Shown: positions 17,881-27,859 of the stretch, piece after piece
Layout: every line of letters begins with the position of its first letter
Numbering within the stretch: the first letter of the stretch is position 1
Source: Leptolyngbyaceae cyanobacterium
GTDB lineage: Bacteria > Cyanobacteriota > Cyanobacteriia > Phormidesmidales > Phormidesmidaceae
Assembly: GCA_965263355.1 (NCBI GenBank)
Contig: CBDHHL010000032.1
Span: forward strand, 1,536,001 to 1,600,000
Reading direction: 5' to 3'
DNA: 64,000 nt
The notes under the pieces: generated by a model
Database searches by the model: none
What the model was told of the DNA's origin: nothing
What the model saw: only the letters and a program-made list of their open reading frames with translations
Program-made: the position numbers and the translations under genes

Positions 17881-18714
17881 ATGTCGCGACTATCGTATCT
17901 AATGAGCGCCCTATTCATCAGTCCCCTGACCGTACTGGGTATGGGCCAGCCGGGATTGACCCAAGCGTTGGCGCAGTCTCAGCTATTGGTGGCCCTCCAG
18001 TACAATCCGCCCAATCGAGGTGCACCGGGCAGTACCTGGAATGCTGGCAGTCGTACGGGTCCCTGTGGTGACCTAACAGCGGTACAGCCGACAAAAACCA
18101 ATTGGGGAGAAACCCTCAAGTCACACCCCACCTTTGGTATCTATGTGGCTGAACCAGCAACAAATCTTATCTTTGAGCTGAGGAATGAGCGATCGCAAGA
18201 GATCGTTCACAGCGTCACCTTTGCACAAGTAACAGGACCAGGCATTAGTCTCTATACCCTGCCAGACTCAGTGCCAGCACTAGAACCCAACCAATATTAC
18301 CGCTGGCAGGTCAGCCTCGACTGTGAACAATTTAATACAGCCAATATCCAATACGACGGTGACAAACAAGTCGGCGGCATGGTGATGCGTCAGCTGGCCA
18401 ACGATGAACTACAGGCCCAACTGGCAACGGTTCCAGACACAGACAAACCAGCACTGCTGGCTGCCCATGGGCTATGGTACGACATGGTTCATGTCTTAAT
18501 GGTGCAACACCTGGAACAATCCACCACCGAAACGGAGACTGTAGAGCCATGGATGGAGACATGGAAAAACAACTGGCAAGCTATTGTGAGCCACCCCATG
18601 GTGCAGCTTACCAATTTGATGGATGCGGTGCCGATTGATTGTTGTCTGGCCGCTGACTGTCCTAGCGCCACGTCAAGTGATACCCGCCGTATTGAATTAT
18701 TGAATTCTCTCTAA
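17881..18714 (+). CDS. DUF928-family exported protein
   Basis: Signal-like N-terminus; PPNRGAPG...AGSR.GPC, GETLKSHPTF.IYV, LEPNQYYRW, AAHGLWYD. Confidence 0.82.
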   Translation: MSRLSYLMSALFISPLTVLGMGQPGLTQALAQSQLLVALQYNPPNRGAPGSTWNAGSRTGPCGDLTAVQPTKTNWGETLKSHPTFGIYVAEPATNLIFELRNERSQEIVHSVTFAQVTGPGISLYTLPDSVPALEPNQYYRWQVSLDCEQFNTANIQYDGDKQVGGMVMRQLANDELQAQLATVPDTDKPALLAAHGLWYDMVHVLMVQHLEQSTTETETVEPWMETWKNNWQAIVSHPMVQLTNLMDAVPIDCCLAADCPSATSSDTRRIELLNSL

Positions 18715-18747
18715 GCCCCCTCGCCATTGTTAATGGAGTTCCTTCCC

Positions 18748-21700
18748 ATGTTGTCAGCTGCCCTCCTGGCCATTAGTCTCCCTCAGTCCCCCTTGCCTGC
18801 TCAGATATCTGCTCAACCACTCCCGGCTATTGCCATGTCTCCATCCGAGCAACCGGTGTTTAGCAATGGGGCTCAACCAGAGGTCTTGCTGGCACAGTCA
18901 ATTACACCGGCAGATGCAGGCACCGTTGTTACCCCTACGGACAATCAAATCGAGATTACTGGGGGACAGTTTTCAGGGGATGGCGCTAATCTATTCCATA
19001 GTTTTGAACAGTTTGGATTGAGCCAGCAGCAAACGGCTAATTTTATCGCTAATCCCCAAGTACACAATGTACTAGGTCGAGTGCAGGGGGGAGATGCGTC
19101 CTATATCGATGGCCGCTTGCAGGTAACTAACAGCGATGCCAATCTGTTTTTGATTAATCCAGCTGGGATTCTCTTTGGGGAAAACGCCAGTCTAGATTTA
19201 AATGGAAGTTTTACCGCTGCTACGGCAGATCGGCTGGGCTTTGATGGTGGCTGGTTGGATGTGTTTGACTCCATTGACTATGGACAGCTAGGGGGAGACC
19301 CCAGTCAGTTTTCATTTAGTGCAGCCCAACCTGGCAGTGTGGTGAATCTAGGGGATTTAGCCGTTGATGCAAACCAAAATTTGACCCTCCTCGGGGGGAC
19401 TGTGGTGAATGTAGGCAGTGTATCGGCGGCGAGTGGACGCATCACCCTGGCTGCGGTAAATGGCCAGCAGACAGTCACCCTGGGCTCAACGGATGGTCTA
19501 CTGACCATGGAGTTAGCGCCCCTAGCCATTGATCGAGACCTTTCTATTTTATCGTTGCCAGACCTCCTCACAGGGGGCAGTGTCAGCAACAGTAGTGCGT
19601 TAGCAGTAGCGGCTGATGGCACCGTGCTGCTACAGGGTGTGACCATTCCAGAGAATAGTGGAACAACTGCTGTTGCCGGTACCCTTGATGTGACAGGGCA
19701 GGTGGGGGGAGACATTAATCTGCTAGGTGATCGCGTTGCCCTGCTTGGGGCTGATCTGGCTGCGTCTGGCCTAGCAGGTGGGGGCACAACCCGCATTGGT
19801 GGAGGCTATCAGGGCAATGACCCTATCCCTAACGCGGATCTCACCTATGTCGATGCAGATACTACTCTAGATATCAGCGGTGGAGACACTGGTGATGGTG
19901 GTCTTGCCGTCGTGTGGGCCGATGGTCTGACTAGTTTTTATGGCGATGTTGATGCTAGCGGCGGTAGCCAATTTGGAGACGGTGGATTTGTGGAAATCTC
20001 TGGAAAAGACAGTTTAGTCTTTGATGGCACGATTGATTTGCAGTCAGCGTCTGGTGAAATGGGGCAATTGTTGCTAGATCCAAATAGTGTTGTGATTGGG
20101 GATGTTGGTACCGATGACAGCCAGCTTGACAACAACGTTATTGACTTGCTAGAAGGAGGCGTTACATCATTTATATCCGCTGGTAAAGTAGCTGAGATTT
20201 TGAATGGTGGGGGAGGCGTCACCATCAATGCCACTAATGATATTCGTATTGATTCGTTTATCAACGGGTTGAGCAATGACAATGTTTCTGACTTGAGATT
20301 TAGCGCTGGACAAATTGAACTGAACAATTCAATTTCCCTGAGGGGAGGCGACGTAGTTTTTAGTGGTCCTGTGCTCCTTAATAAGACCAGCGGTAGTGTC
20401 AGTGTCTCCACAGCTGGCGATGTTATTTTCGAAAATACTCTGGACTCCAATAACGATGGGACGTCTAGAAATCTTGAGATAAATGCAGAAGAAAATGTGG
20501 TGTTTGGTGGTGCAATTGGCAGTTTAGAAGCACCAAATTTCCTGCGGGTTAGAGCCACAAATGTCTCGTTGTTAGATTATTTAGGCGATGACCTGGACAT
20601 AAGGGCCAGGGGAGATTTAACCTTCGAACCCCAACAAAATGTCGTGTTGGGGGGGACTATTCGGCTTGAGGCCGACAACAACTTGAACATTTCGACATCG
20701 AATACCTTAGATCTCTCGGGTGTGGAACTTACCGCTAGTCCATTTCAAAGTGATGGTAGCCTCACTATTCAGGCCCCATCCTTAACAATTACCAATTCCA
20801 GTGAGATTAATTCCGGTGGTACATTGACATTAGAGTCGCAAAGCCTCAGCAGCGCTGACAGTCAAATCGAGTCTAGAGGTGATTTGATTTTACAAGGGGT
20901 AAACGGCATGGGTTTTCCAACTATTATGCTCTCTAATAGTTCGTTAACGACTGACGAAACCTTAAGAGTGCATGGGTCTGCAACGTCTGCGGCTGGAAAT
21001 ATAGACGTGATAGGTAGTCTGCTGAGAACCGGTGGCGACTTAGAGCTACTGGGGCAGTCTGTTTCGGTAACCCCTGGTAGTGAGATTAAGGCGGATGCTA
21101 ATGTTGCCATCGTGGCGGCGTCCGGAATCGTGACAATAGCAGATGCAGCGATGCAACCAACTGTGGTAGAAGCTGGCAGTGAATTGAATCTGGAAGGCGA
21201 CACCCAGATCATTATTCAGGCTCTTAGTGCACCTCAATCGGTATTGCGTAGCGGTAGCAATTTAAGTCTGTTGAGTTCGGGTAATATTACCGCCAATGGC
21301 CGATTTGCCAGTGGTGGTGATTTTACGGCGGGTCCGGGCAGTTTGTTGTTTATGCCCATTGACGATGGAGGAATTATTAGCTCCGTTGGCGATGTTAGCT
21401 TCGATGAGTATATGGGAGCATCCCTAAAAATAGAAGCGGGAGGAAATATTACAGGGGGCAATGTTACTATTATTGATCCAGATACGTCTTTATCGGGTAC
21501 AGATCCAGACATTGCTTTGTTAAGTAACGGGCCTGCTGTGGTGTTAAGGGCTGGAATAATACCCCAGGAGAATTTACCCCCCAGCGCTAGCGAATTTCAG
21601 AATACACCCACACTTAACCCTGGAGATACTGTTAATAAAGCAGGAACGGTTTTCGCCACATCAGCGCCTACCACCGGCAATATTTCAGTAGGAACAATTG

Positions 21701-22698
21701 TGACAGATGCTGAAACCGATGAAGTGGGCACCGTTCTTTTAGCGGCGACTGGCGAGATTACAACAGGCGACATCACTACCGATGGCGAAGGTGGATCTGT
21801 AATTGTTATCGCCAACGATTCTGTGCAAACAGGAGATATCTCAGTTGCAGGGCGCGATAGCTCGGTGAACCTCGTATCTGAAACTGGCAATGTGGACGTG
21901 AATACGATTTTAAGTAGCGGTCGTGATATTCGCATTACAGCAGCGGGCACATTTCGTGCCAATGGCACGTTTGAGGTGGGCACCCTGGTAGAAAATAAAA
22001 TTGAAACCAACGATCTACCCGTTAGCCTAGCGCTTACCCGATTTGACTCCGATGGTGTGACTATTTTACACAACGGAGCTACTGAGGCTGACCCGGCTTT
22101 CAGTAATGATCGCATTCGCATTGGTGGTAATGGCGAACAGTTTGTGGTTGGACCGGAGGTGATTGGCAAGATTGATCCTAATGCCGGGGAGTTTATTGAT
22201 CCAATTCAGGGTGGGGCTGATTTACGTAGAAATGAAACCTATGCCCCTAGAACACTTCCTGATGAGACCAGTGGAACAGCAGGTGGCATTACCATTGGTG
22301 GATTTGGCACCAATGGGTTTTTGTCTGTCAGTGTGCAAGACATCCCATTTGTGGATGCGGTTGAGCCGTCTGAGCCGTCCGAGCCTGTTGTGGAGACTCC
22401 TTTAACACCCACCGACAATGACCCAATTGTGATGGGTGGAGAAGTGGAAGTTCAGGCCAATGAAGAACAAGTGGATCGTCAAGCCAACACCTCTGTTTGT
22501 AATTTTGCTGATGAAACGTTGATTGCTCAGGGGTCTTTGCGTGGCGATGGCGATGAATCACCTGAAGATTCCGTAAATCCTGATGTTGAACAAATTACTC
22601 AACGTGATGCCTGTGGACAACCTGATATTGGTGACAACATTCTGGTTGTTGAGGATGCCATTGAGCCATTAGATGATGGTGCAGACTCTGAGCAATAG
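18748..22698 (+). CDS. Filamentous-haemagglutinin N-terminal (TPS) domain exoprotein, TpsA-like beta-helix
   Basis: NLFHSFEQFGL, NVLGRVQGG..SYIDG.L, NLFLINPAGILFG..ASLDLNGSF.A.TA, GGFVEISG, GQLLLDP; GGAG upstream of ATG 18748 (other starts 18727/18733). Confidence 0.88.
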   Translation: MLSAALLAISLPQSPLPAQISAQPLPAIAMSPSEQPVFSNGAQPEVLLAQSITPADAGTVVTPTDNQIEITGGQFSGDGANLFHSFEQFGLSQQQTANFIANPQVHNVLGRVQGGDASYIDGRLQVTNSDANLFLINPAGILFGENASLDLNGSFTAATADRLGFDGGWLDVFDSIDYGQLGGDPSQFSFSAAQPGSVVNLGDLAVDANQNLTLLGGTVVNVGSVSAASGRITLAAVNGQQTVTLGSTDGLLTMELAPLAIDRDLSILSLPDLLTGGSVSNSSALAVAADGTVLLQGVTIPENSGTTAVAGTLDVTGQVGGDINLLGDRVALLGADLAASGLAGGGTTRIGGGYQGNDPIPNADLTYVDADTTLDISGGDTGDGGLAVVWADGLTSFYGDVDASGGSQFGDGGFVEISGKDSLVFDGTIDLQSASGEMGQLLLDPNSVVIGDVGTDDSQLDNNVIDLLEGGVTSFISAGKVAEILNGGGGVTINATNDIRIDSFINGLSNDNVSDLRFSAGQIELNNSISLRGGDVVFSGPVLLNKTSGSVSVSTAGDVIFENTLDSNNDGTSRNLEINAEENVVFGGAIGSLEAPNFLRVRATNVSLLDYLGDDLDIRARGDLTFEPQQNVVLGGTIRLEADNNLNISTSNTLDLSGVELTASPFQSDGSLTIQAPSLTITNSSEINSGGTLTLESQSLSSADSQIESRGDLILQGVNGMGFPTIMLSNSSLTTDETLRVHGSATSAAGNIDVIGSLLRTGGDLELLGQSVSVTPGSEIKADANVAIVAASGIVTIADAAMQPTVVEAGSELNLEGDTQIIIQALSAPQSVLRSGSNLSLLSSGNITANGRFASGGDFTAGPGSLLFMPIDDGGIISSVGDVSFDEYMGASLKIEAGGNITGGNVTIIDPDTSLSGTDPDIALLSNGPAVVLRAGIIPQENLPPSASEFQNTPTLNPGDTVNKAGTVFATSAPTTGNISVGTIVTDAETDEVGTVLLAATGEITTGDITTDGEGGSVIVIANDSVQTGDISVAGRDSSVNLVSETGNVDVNTILSSGRDIRITAAGTFRANGTFEVGTLVENKIETNDLPVSLALTRFDSDGVTILHNGATEADPAFSNDRIRIGGNGEQFVVGPEVIGKIDPNAGEFIDPIQGGADLRRNETYAPRTLPDETSGTAGGITIGGFGTNGFLSVSVQDIPFVDAVEPSEPSEPVVETPLTPTDNDPIVMGGEVEVQANEEQVDRQANTSVCNFADETLIAQGSLRGDGDESPEDSVNPDVEQITQRDACGQPDIGDNILVVEDAIEPLDDGADSEQ

Positions 22699-22708
22699 GA
22701 GAAGGACT

Positions 22709-25279
22709 ATGCTGCGATCGCAACGTGCCATCTTTCAATTTCTCATTGCATTTGTGCTCGGTGTTGTCATCATTGGGGTCTCACCGACCTTAGCTGCAGA
22801 CTCAGTATCGGGACAATCGGTATCTGGGCAAGGGGTATCTCAGCAAGGGGAGCAATTTTTTCAACAAGGGATGCAACAATATCAGGCTAACCAATTGGAG
22901 GCTGCGATCGCGACGTGGCAACAAGCCCTAACCCACTATCAACGATCAGGCAATCAATCCCGTGAACTAGCCGTCTACATTCGCATCAGCGCAGCTTACC
23001 TGCGATTAGGTCGTCCGCAGCAGGCTAAAGAACAAGCCCAATGGGCACTGTCGTTAGCCAGACAATTAGAGAATATCAGGGCAGAAATTTCTGCCCTTGG
23101 TAACCTGGCCATTGCCTATAAAAACCTGGGCAACTATCCCCAATCTATCGATACCTATGAACAAGCCCTAACCCTGCTAGAACCGTTACCTGATAATGAG
23201 TCACAGCTGTTGCGACTATGGTTAAACTTGGGAAACGTCTATGAATCCTTAGGGGAATATACATCAGCCATTGATGCCTATCGTAAAAGTTTGACCATCG
23301 CCCATAGCAGTAACAGTCAAGTTAACGAAGCGACTATCTTGAACAATCTGGGAGCGGTGTATGCTCAGCTCGGTAGTACGGAAGAGGCGATTGACTATTA
23401 CAACCGAAGCCTGAGATTTACCCAACAGTTAGGGGATGCCGTTGGTTCTGGCTACATTTTAAATAACCTGGGTAACATTTACCATCAGCAAAATTTAGCT
23501 CAAGCCACTGACTACTATGAGCAAAGTTTAGCCCTCGCCCAAGAATTGGCAAACCCTGGACTGGAGGCAATTTCTCTGGGTAGCCTAGGCATGGCCTATG
23601 AAGATCGAGGAGATTACGAAGGTGCCGTAGAGCTACAGCAACGTGCGTTAGCGTTAGCCGATAGTTTAGATAATCCCGTCATTAGCGCCAGAACCTTGAA
23701 CAATTTGGGGCACACCCTGTTGAGGTCAGGACAACTACAATCAGCAGAAACGCAGCTCAGAAAGGCATTAGATGAGTTAGAGTCTCTACGACCTGGGTTA
23801 AACGATCAATATAATGTATCCCTATTCGATACTCAAATACTCACCTATAACCTGTTACAGCAAATTCTAGTAGCCCGTGGCAACATCGAAGCAGCTTTGG
23901 AAATTGCTGAACGGGGAAGGGCCAGAGCATTTGTAGAGTTGATGGCAAATCGAGCTAACAATGCTCAACTGGAGTCAGTTAGTCAGGCCCCAAGCATTAC
24001 AGAGATTCGACAAATCGCTAAGGAGCAACAGACTACCCTAGTAGAATATACCCTAGTGCCTGACGACAGTTTTAAGTTTCAAGGTAAACAACGAGGCCAG
24101 GCAGAGCGTCTATACATCTGGGTGGTACAGCCCACCGGAAAAGTTGACTTTCGAGACGTGGATCTCAAGCCACTGCAGCAGGAAAAGGGAGCGTCTATCG
24201 CGAAGTTAATTAGGACTAGTCGCGAACTCAGCGGTTTACGAGGGACCCGAGGCGATACTCGTAGTGCCCTGCGTCCAGGGGACCAGGTACGTCGCGAGGG
24301 AGAGCCCTTAGACTGGGCACCCTACGAAGTCACAGCGATTGACCCACGGGCTCAAACCGTAACCCTGAGCCATCCAGATTTTGTTTTACCCAACCCAGTT
24401 GTCCCCATCCGTGACGTTTACAAAATCAACGCGTCTGGGTTTGCCACGACCCTAAGACGCCCTCAACACTGGCAAGATTTACATCAGCTATTGATTGAAC
24501 CAATTGCAGATCTGTTACCTACAGATCCCGAAGAGCGGGTGGTGTTTATTCCCCAAGAACAGCTTTTTCTAGTACCTTTTCCAGCCCTCCAGGCCCAGGA
24601 TGACAGTTATCTAATCGACCATCACACCATTCTCACGGCCCCGGCGATTCAGATTCTAGGGTTTAGAAATCGCACTGCTCCTGACTCGTCAGCCACAGCG
24701 CCCCTGATCGTTGGCAATCCCAGTCCCATGCCCGATAAGCTACAGTCGCTACCCCATGCCGGTACAGAGGCCAGGGGGATTGCCAATATCCTAGCGACCC
24801 AACCGTTAATGGGTGAGGCAGCAACAGAAACCGCTGTCAAACAACAGCTCGCCAACGCCTCGTTGATCCATCTAGCGACCCATGGCTTTTTTAACGAAGC
24901 CAACCCGCTGCAAGGCTCCCTTGCCTTTGCCCCGACTGAGGAGCAAGATGGTTTTTTGACCGCAGCCGACATCCTTACCCAGTCGCTACAGGCCAATTTG
25001 GTGGTGCTCAGTGCCTGCGACACTGGACGGGGACAAATTACCGGCGATGGCGTAATTGGTCTATCCCGATCATTTTTAGCTGCCGGAGCCAATAATGTCA
25101 TGGTTTCTCTATGGCAGGTCCCCGACGATGCCACGGCTCAGCTCATGATCGAGTTCTATCGTCAAAGGCAGCATCTAGATAATGCTCAAGCCCTAAGGCA
25201 GGCCATGTTAACCACCCGTCAGGTACACGAAGACCCAGTAGCCTGGGCCGCCTTTACCTTAATTGGAGCCATTGAGTAA
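22709..25279 (+). CDS. Signal-peptide TPR-CHAT caspase-like protease
   Basis: Hydrophobic leader ending TLAA; about 8 TPRs (LGNLA, LNNLG); ERGRARAF; LVPFPAL; IHLATHG (His), VVLSACDTG (Cys), SLWQVPD, WAAFTLIG; AGGAGAAGGA RBS. Confidence 0.92.
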   Translation: MLRSQRAIFQFLIAFVLGVVIIGVSPTLAADSVSGQSVSGQGVSQQGEQFFQQGMQQYQANQLEAAIATWQQALTHYQRSGNQSRELAVYIRISAAYLRLGRPQQAKEQAQWALSLARQLENIRAEISALGNLAIAYKNLGNYPQSIDTYEQALTLLEPLPDNESQLLRLWLNLGNVYESLGEYTSAIDAYRKSLTIAHSSNSQVNEATILNNLGAVYAQLGSTEEAIDYYNRSLRFTQQLGDAVGSGYILNNLGNIYHQQNLAQATDYYEQSLALAQELANPGLEAISLGSLGMAYEDRGDYEGAVELQQRALALADSLDNPVISARTLNNLGHTLLRSGQLQSAETQLRKALDELESLRPGLNDQYNVSLFDTQILTYNLLQQILVARGNIEAALEIAERGRARAFVELMANRANNAQLESVSQAPSITEIRQIAKEQQTTLVEYTLVPDDSFKFQGKQRGQAERLYIWVVQPTGKVDFRDVDLKPLQQEKGASIAKLIRTSRELSGLRGTRGDTRSALRPGDQVRREGEPLDWAPYEVTAIDPRAQTVTLSHPDFVLPNPVVPIRDVYKINASGFATTLRRPQHWQDLHQLLIEPIADLLPTDPEERVVFIPQEQLFLVPFPALQAQDDSYLIDHHTILTAPAIQILGFRNRTAPDSSATAPLIVGNPSPMPDKLQSLPHAGTEARGIANILATQPLMGEAATETAVKQQLANASLIHLATHGFFNEANPLQGSLAFAPTEEQDGFLTAADILTQSLQANLVVLSACDTGRGQITGDGVIGLSRSFLAAGANNVMVSLWQVPDDATAQLMIEFYRQRQHLDNAQALRQAMLTTRQVHEDPVAWAAFTLIGAIE

Positions 25280-25557
25280 GACAACTGTTTCAATTTAAAT
25301 AATCTTGAACTGTGATTTTGAAATCAAATTGTATTAATGTGCCATTTTCTTAGGCCCATGAAGTGATACAACTGTTGCAATTCAGGTAAGCTTGGGCCAA
25401 ACTTCACTCAAGATTTGGTACCACCAAATAACGGGTTATTTCAGCCATTTCTATTAGGTTCATCTGGGGGATTTATCAGGATTATCTCAGTTTGTCTGGA
25501 TAAAGTTGTCACAGATGAAAAAATTATCTGTGCTGTTACATCTTGTGCGTTGTTCTA

Positions 25558-26952
25558 ATGAAATTTGATCCAGGTTGTATTCAATTTCGCCTTACTGCTG
25601 GCATGGTTCTAGCATCTATTCTTGGCTTTGGTGGCATGACTGCCTGGAGCAACTTTAGAATGCAGCAGATTTTAATTAAGGGTCATAAAGATAATGCTCT
25701 AGAAATTGCTGAACGCTTTGACCAGGACGTTGAATGGATGGATGAAACAATGCCGTCCACCATGGCTCTGGAGAAAGTGATCAACTACCGCTCAACGGCG
25801 GATACGGCTATCTGGATTCGTTCCCCAGAGGGAGGGCTTATTGCTCAGTCAGATACCCTCGAAATGGGTTCCTGGCAGAAGGATGGTCTGGCAGAGACTG
25901 TATTAGAGCTACCGGCAAAGACACGACTGGAAAGTATAAACATCCAGGGTCGCCAGTTAATTGTTTGCATTAGTCCCCTGGAAGTGGGTGGCAATGTTTT
26001 GGGAGATCTGTTTATCATTGATGATATTACCCAAAACCAGCGTAGTTTTGCTGCCGTTAATCGTGACCTGACGCTGGCTAGCATTTTTGTAATTGGTTTA
26101 TCTGCCATTGTGATTGCGATCTATGTACGGCAGTCCATCAAGCCAGTTTGTAAGATGAATGAACTGGCCGCTAATATATCTCCCGATAATCTGGCAGATG
26201 CCCATCTGGAGTTTGATCGTGCGCCTACGGAGGTGAGGGATTTAGCCCAGGCCTTTAATATGATGCTGAGTCGATTATCAGCGGCCTGGGAGCAACAGCG
26301 GCGCTTTGTTAGCGATGTGTCCCACGAGTTGCGTACACCGCTGACGTTGGTGCATGGGTATTTACAAAGCACCCTACGACGTTGTAATACCCTGACTGAG
26401 CCTCAGCGGGAGGGGTTAGAAATTGCAGCAGCCGAGGCGGATCGTACCATTCGTTTACTGCAAGACTTACTTGACCTGGCCCGTGCTGACGGGGGGCACA
26501 TGCGGTTTCACATTGAGCGCGTGCCTTTAAAGGAAATGGTTTTAGACACAGTTGAGTCTGGTTATCCGAGTAGTCGGGTGAAAGTAGATGTTGAGAGTTC
26601 GGGGATTGATGCTCGGGCGGATCGTAATCGTCTGAAACAGGTGCTGATTAATTTAATTGACAATGCGATCAAATATTCTGAAGACAATACGGTTGTTACC
26701 GTTCGTCTGAAGCAGGTCGGTGAATGGGCTATTATTCAGATTTGCGATCGCGGTCGTGGTATCCCCATGGCAGACATCACCCAGATTTTTGAACCCTTCT
26801 ACCGTGTGGATGAAGATCGCTCACGGGTGACGGGGGGAACAGGTCTGGGGTTATCCATCGTCAAAACCTTAGTTGAGGGGATGCGGGGAAAAATAAAAGT
26901 ACAGTCCAATCCAGGTGAAGGTAGTATATTCACCGTTAGCTTGCCTTCCTAA
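25558..26952 (+). CDS. HAMP-containing membrane sensor histidine kinase
   Basis: Two TM helices, HAMP, DVSHELRTPL H-box, NLIDNAIKY, DRGRGI, GTGLGL. Confidence 0.93.
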   Translation: MKFDPGCIQFRLTAGMVLASILGFGGMTAWSNFRMQQILIKGHKDNALEIAERFDQDVEWMDETMPSTMALEKVINYRSTADTAIWIRSPEGGLIAQSDTLEMGSWQKDGLAETVLELPAKTRLESINIQGRQLIVCISPLEVGGNVLGDLFIIDDITQNQRSFAAVNRDLTLASIFVIGLSAIVIAIYVRQSIKPVCKMNELAANISPDNLADAHLEFDRAPTEVRDLAQAFNMMLSRLSAAWEQQRRFVSDVSHELRTPLTLVHGYLQSTLRRCNTLTEPQREGLEIAAAEADRTIRLLQDLLDLARADGGHMRFHIERVPLKEMVLDTVESGYPSSRVKVDVESSGIDARADRNRLKQVLINLIDNAIKYSEDNTVVTVRLKQVGEWAIIQICDRGRGIPMADITQIFEPFYRVDEDRSRVTGGTGLGLSIVKTLVEGMRGKIKVQSNPGEGSIFTVSLPS

Positions 26953-26991
26953 GTTTGCTTTGTAATCGGGTTATTGCCGGAGCCAATCACT

Positions 26992-27675
26992 ATGCCAGAG
27001 ACCTCTGCCAAAATTTTAGTCATTGAAGACGAGACCCAGCTTGCTAAGTTTGTGCAAATGGAACTCTCCTACGAGGGCTACGATGTTGCCATTGCCAACG
27101 ATGGCCTATCTGGGCTAATGGCCGCTCGCGACAATGTGCCTGATCTGATTTTGCTCGATTGGATGATGCCAGGTCTGGCAGGAGTAGAAGTGTGCCGCCG
27201 GTTGCGCAGTACTGGTGCGCAAATGCCAATTATTTTTTTGACGGCTAAGGATGATGTAGCTGACCGCGTTGCTGGGTTAGATGCCGGAGCCGATGACTAT
27301 GTCGTCAAGCCCTTTAGCATTGAGGAATTGTTAGCCCGTGTACGGGCCAACCTACGGCGTAATGATCCCCAAGAGGCAGAGACATTACAGTTTGAAACCC
27401 TCACACTGAACCGTAAAACCCGCGAAGTGTTTCGTGGTGACCGGGGGATTGAACTAACGGCTAAAGAATTTGACCTGTTGGACTATCTGATTGCCCATCC
27501 TCGGCAGGTGCTGACCCGCGACCAGATTTTAGAAAAAGTCTGGGGCTATGACTTTATGGGGGATTCCAACATTATTGAGGTATACATTCGCTATCTGCGC
27601 TTAAAACTAGAGGCAGAAGGCGAAAAGCGTTTAATCCAGACCGTACGTGGCGTAGGTTACGTGTTGCGAGAGTGA
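26992..27675 (+). CDS. OmpR-family response regulator
   Basis: IEDE, LDWMMPG, GADDYVVKPF, winged-helix VWGYDFMGDSNIIEVYIRYLR, TVRGVGY. Confidence 0.94.
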   Translation: MPETSAKILVIEDETQLAKFVQMELSYEGYDVAIANDGLSGLMAARDNVPDLILLDWMMPGLAGVEVCRRLRSTGAQMPIIFLTAKDDVADRVAGLDAGADDYVVKPFSIEELLARVRANLRRNDPQEAETLQFETLTLNRKTREVFRGDRGIELTAKEFDLLDYLIAHPRQVLTRDQILEKVWGYDFMGDSNIIEVYIRYLRLKLEAEGEKRLIQTVRGVGYVLRE

Positions 27676-27687
27676 TTGATACGGTCC

Positions 27688-27811
27688 AAAATCCCCTCCT
27701 GGGAGGGGTGCCGATCAGGCGGGGTGGGTTGACCGCTAGCGCTAATTGCCGAGACCCCCTACGGTTTTTCCTGGTAGGGGCATTGTATGCAATGTCCCTA
27801 CCAGGAGGGGA
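27688..27811. repeat. Composite REP-like palindromes
   Basis: CCCCTCC-TG-GGAGGGG followed by TCCTGGTAGGGGCATTG-TATG-CAATGTCCCTACCAGGA (GTAG-type stem). Confidence 0.7.
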
Positions 27812-27859
27812 GAAGGTGTTGGTCTACACAGTCAGTATTTAGTGGAGTAGAGAATCTGA

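Noticed and set aside
22709..25279. TPR-CHAT as a CRISPR type III-E Craspase component
   Set aside because: No cas genes or array in the window, and the protein has a signal-peptide-like leader
25558..27675. Two-component pair as part of the CHAT-sigma cluster
   Set aside because: Separated by a ~280-bp AT-rich gap likely holding its own promoter; generic OmpR-type pair with no evidence of linkage
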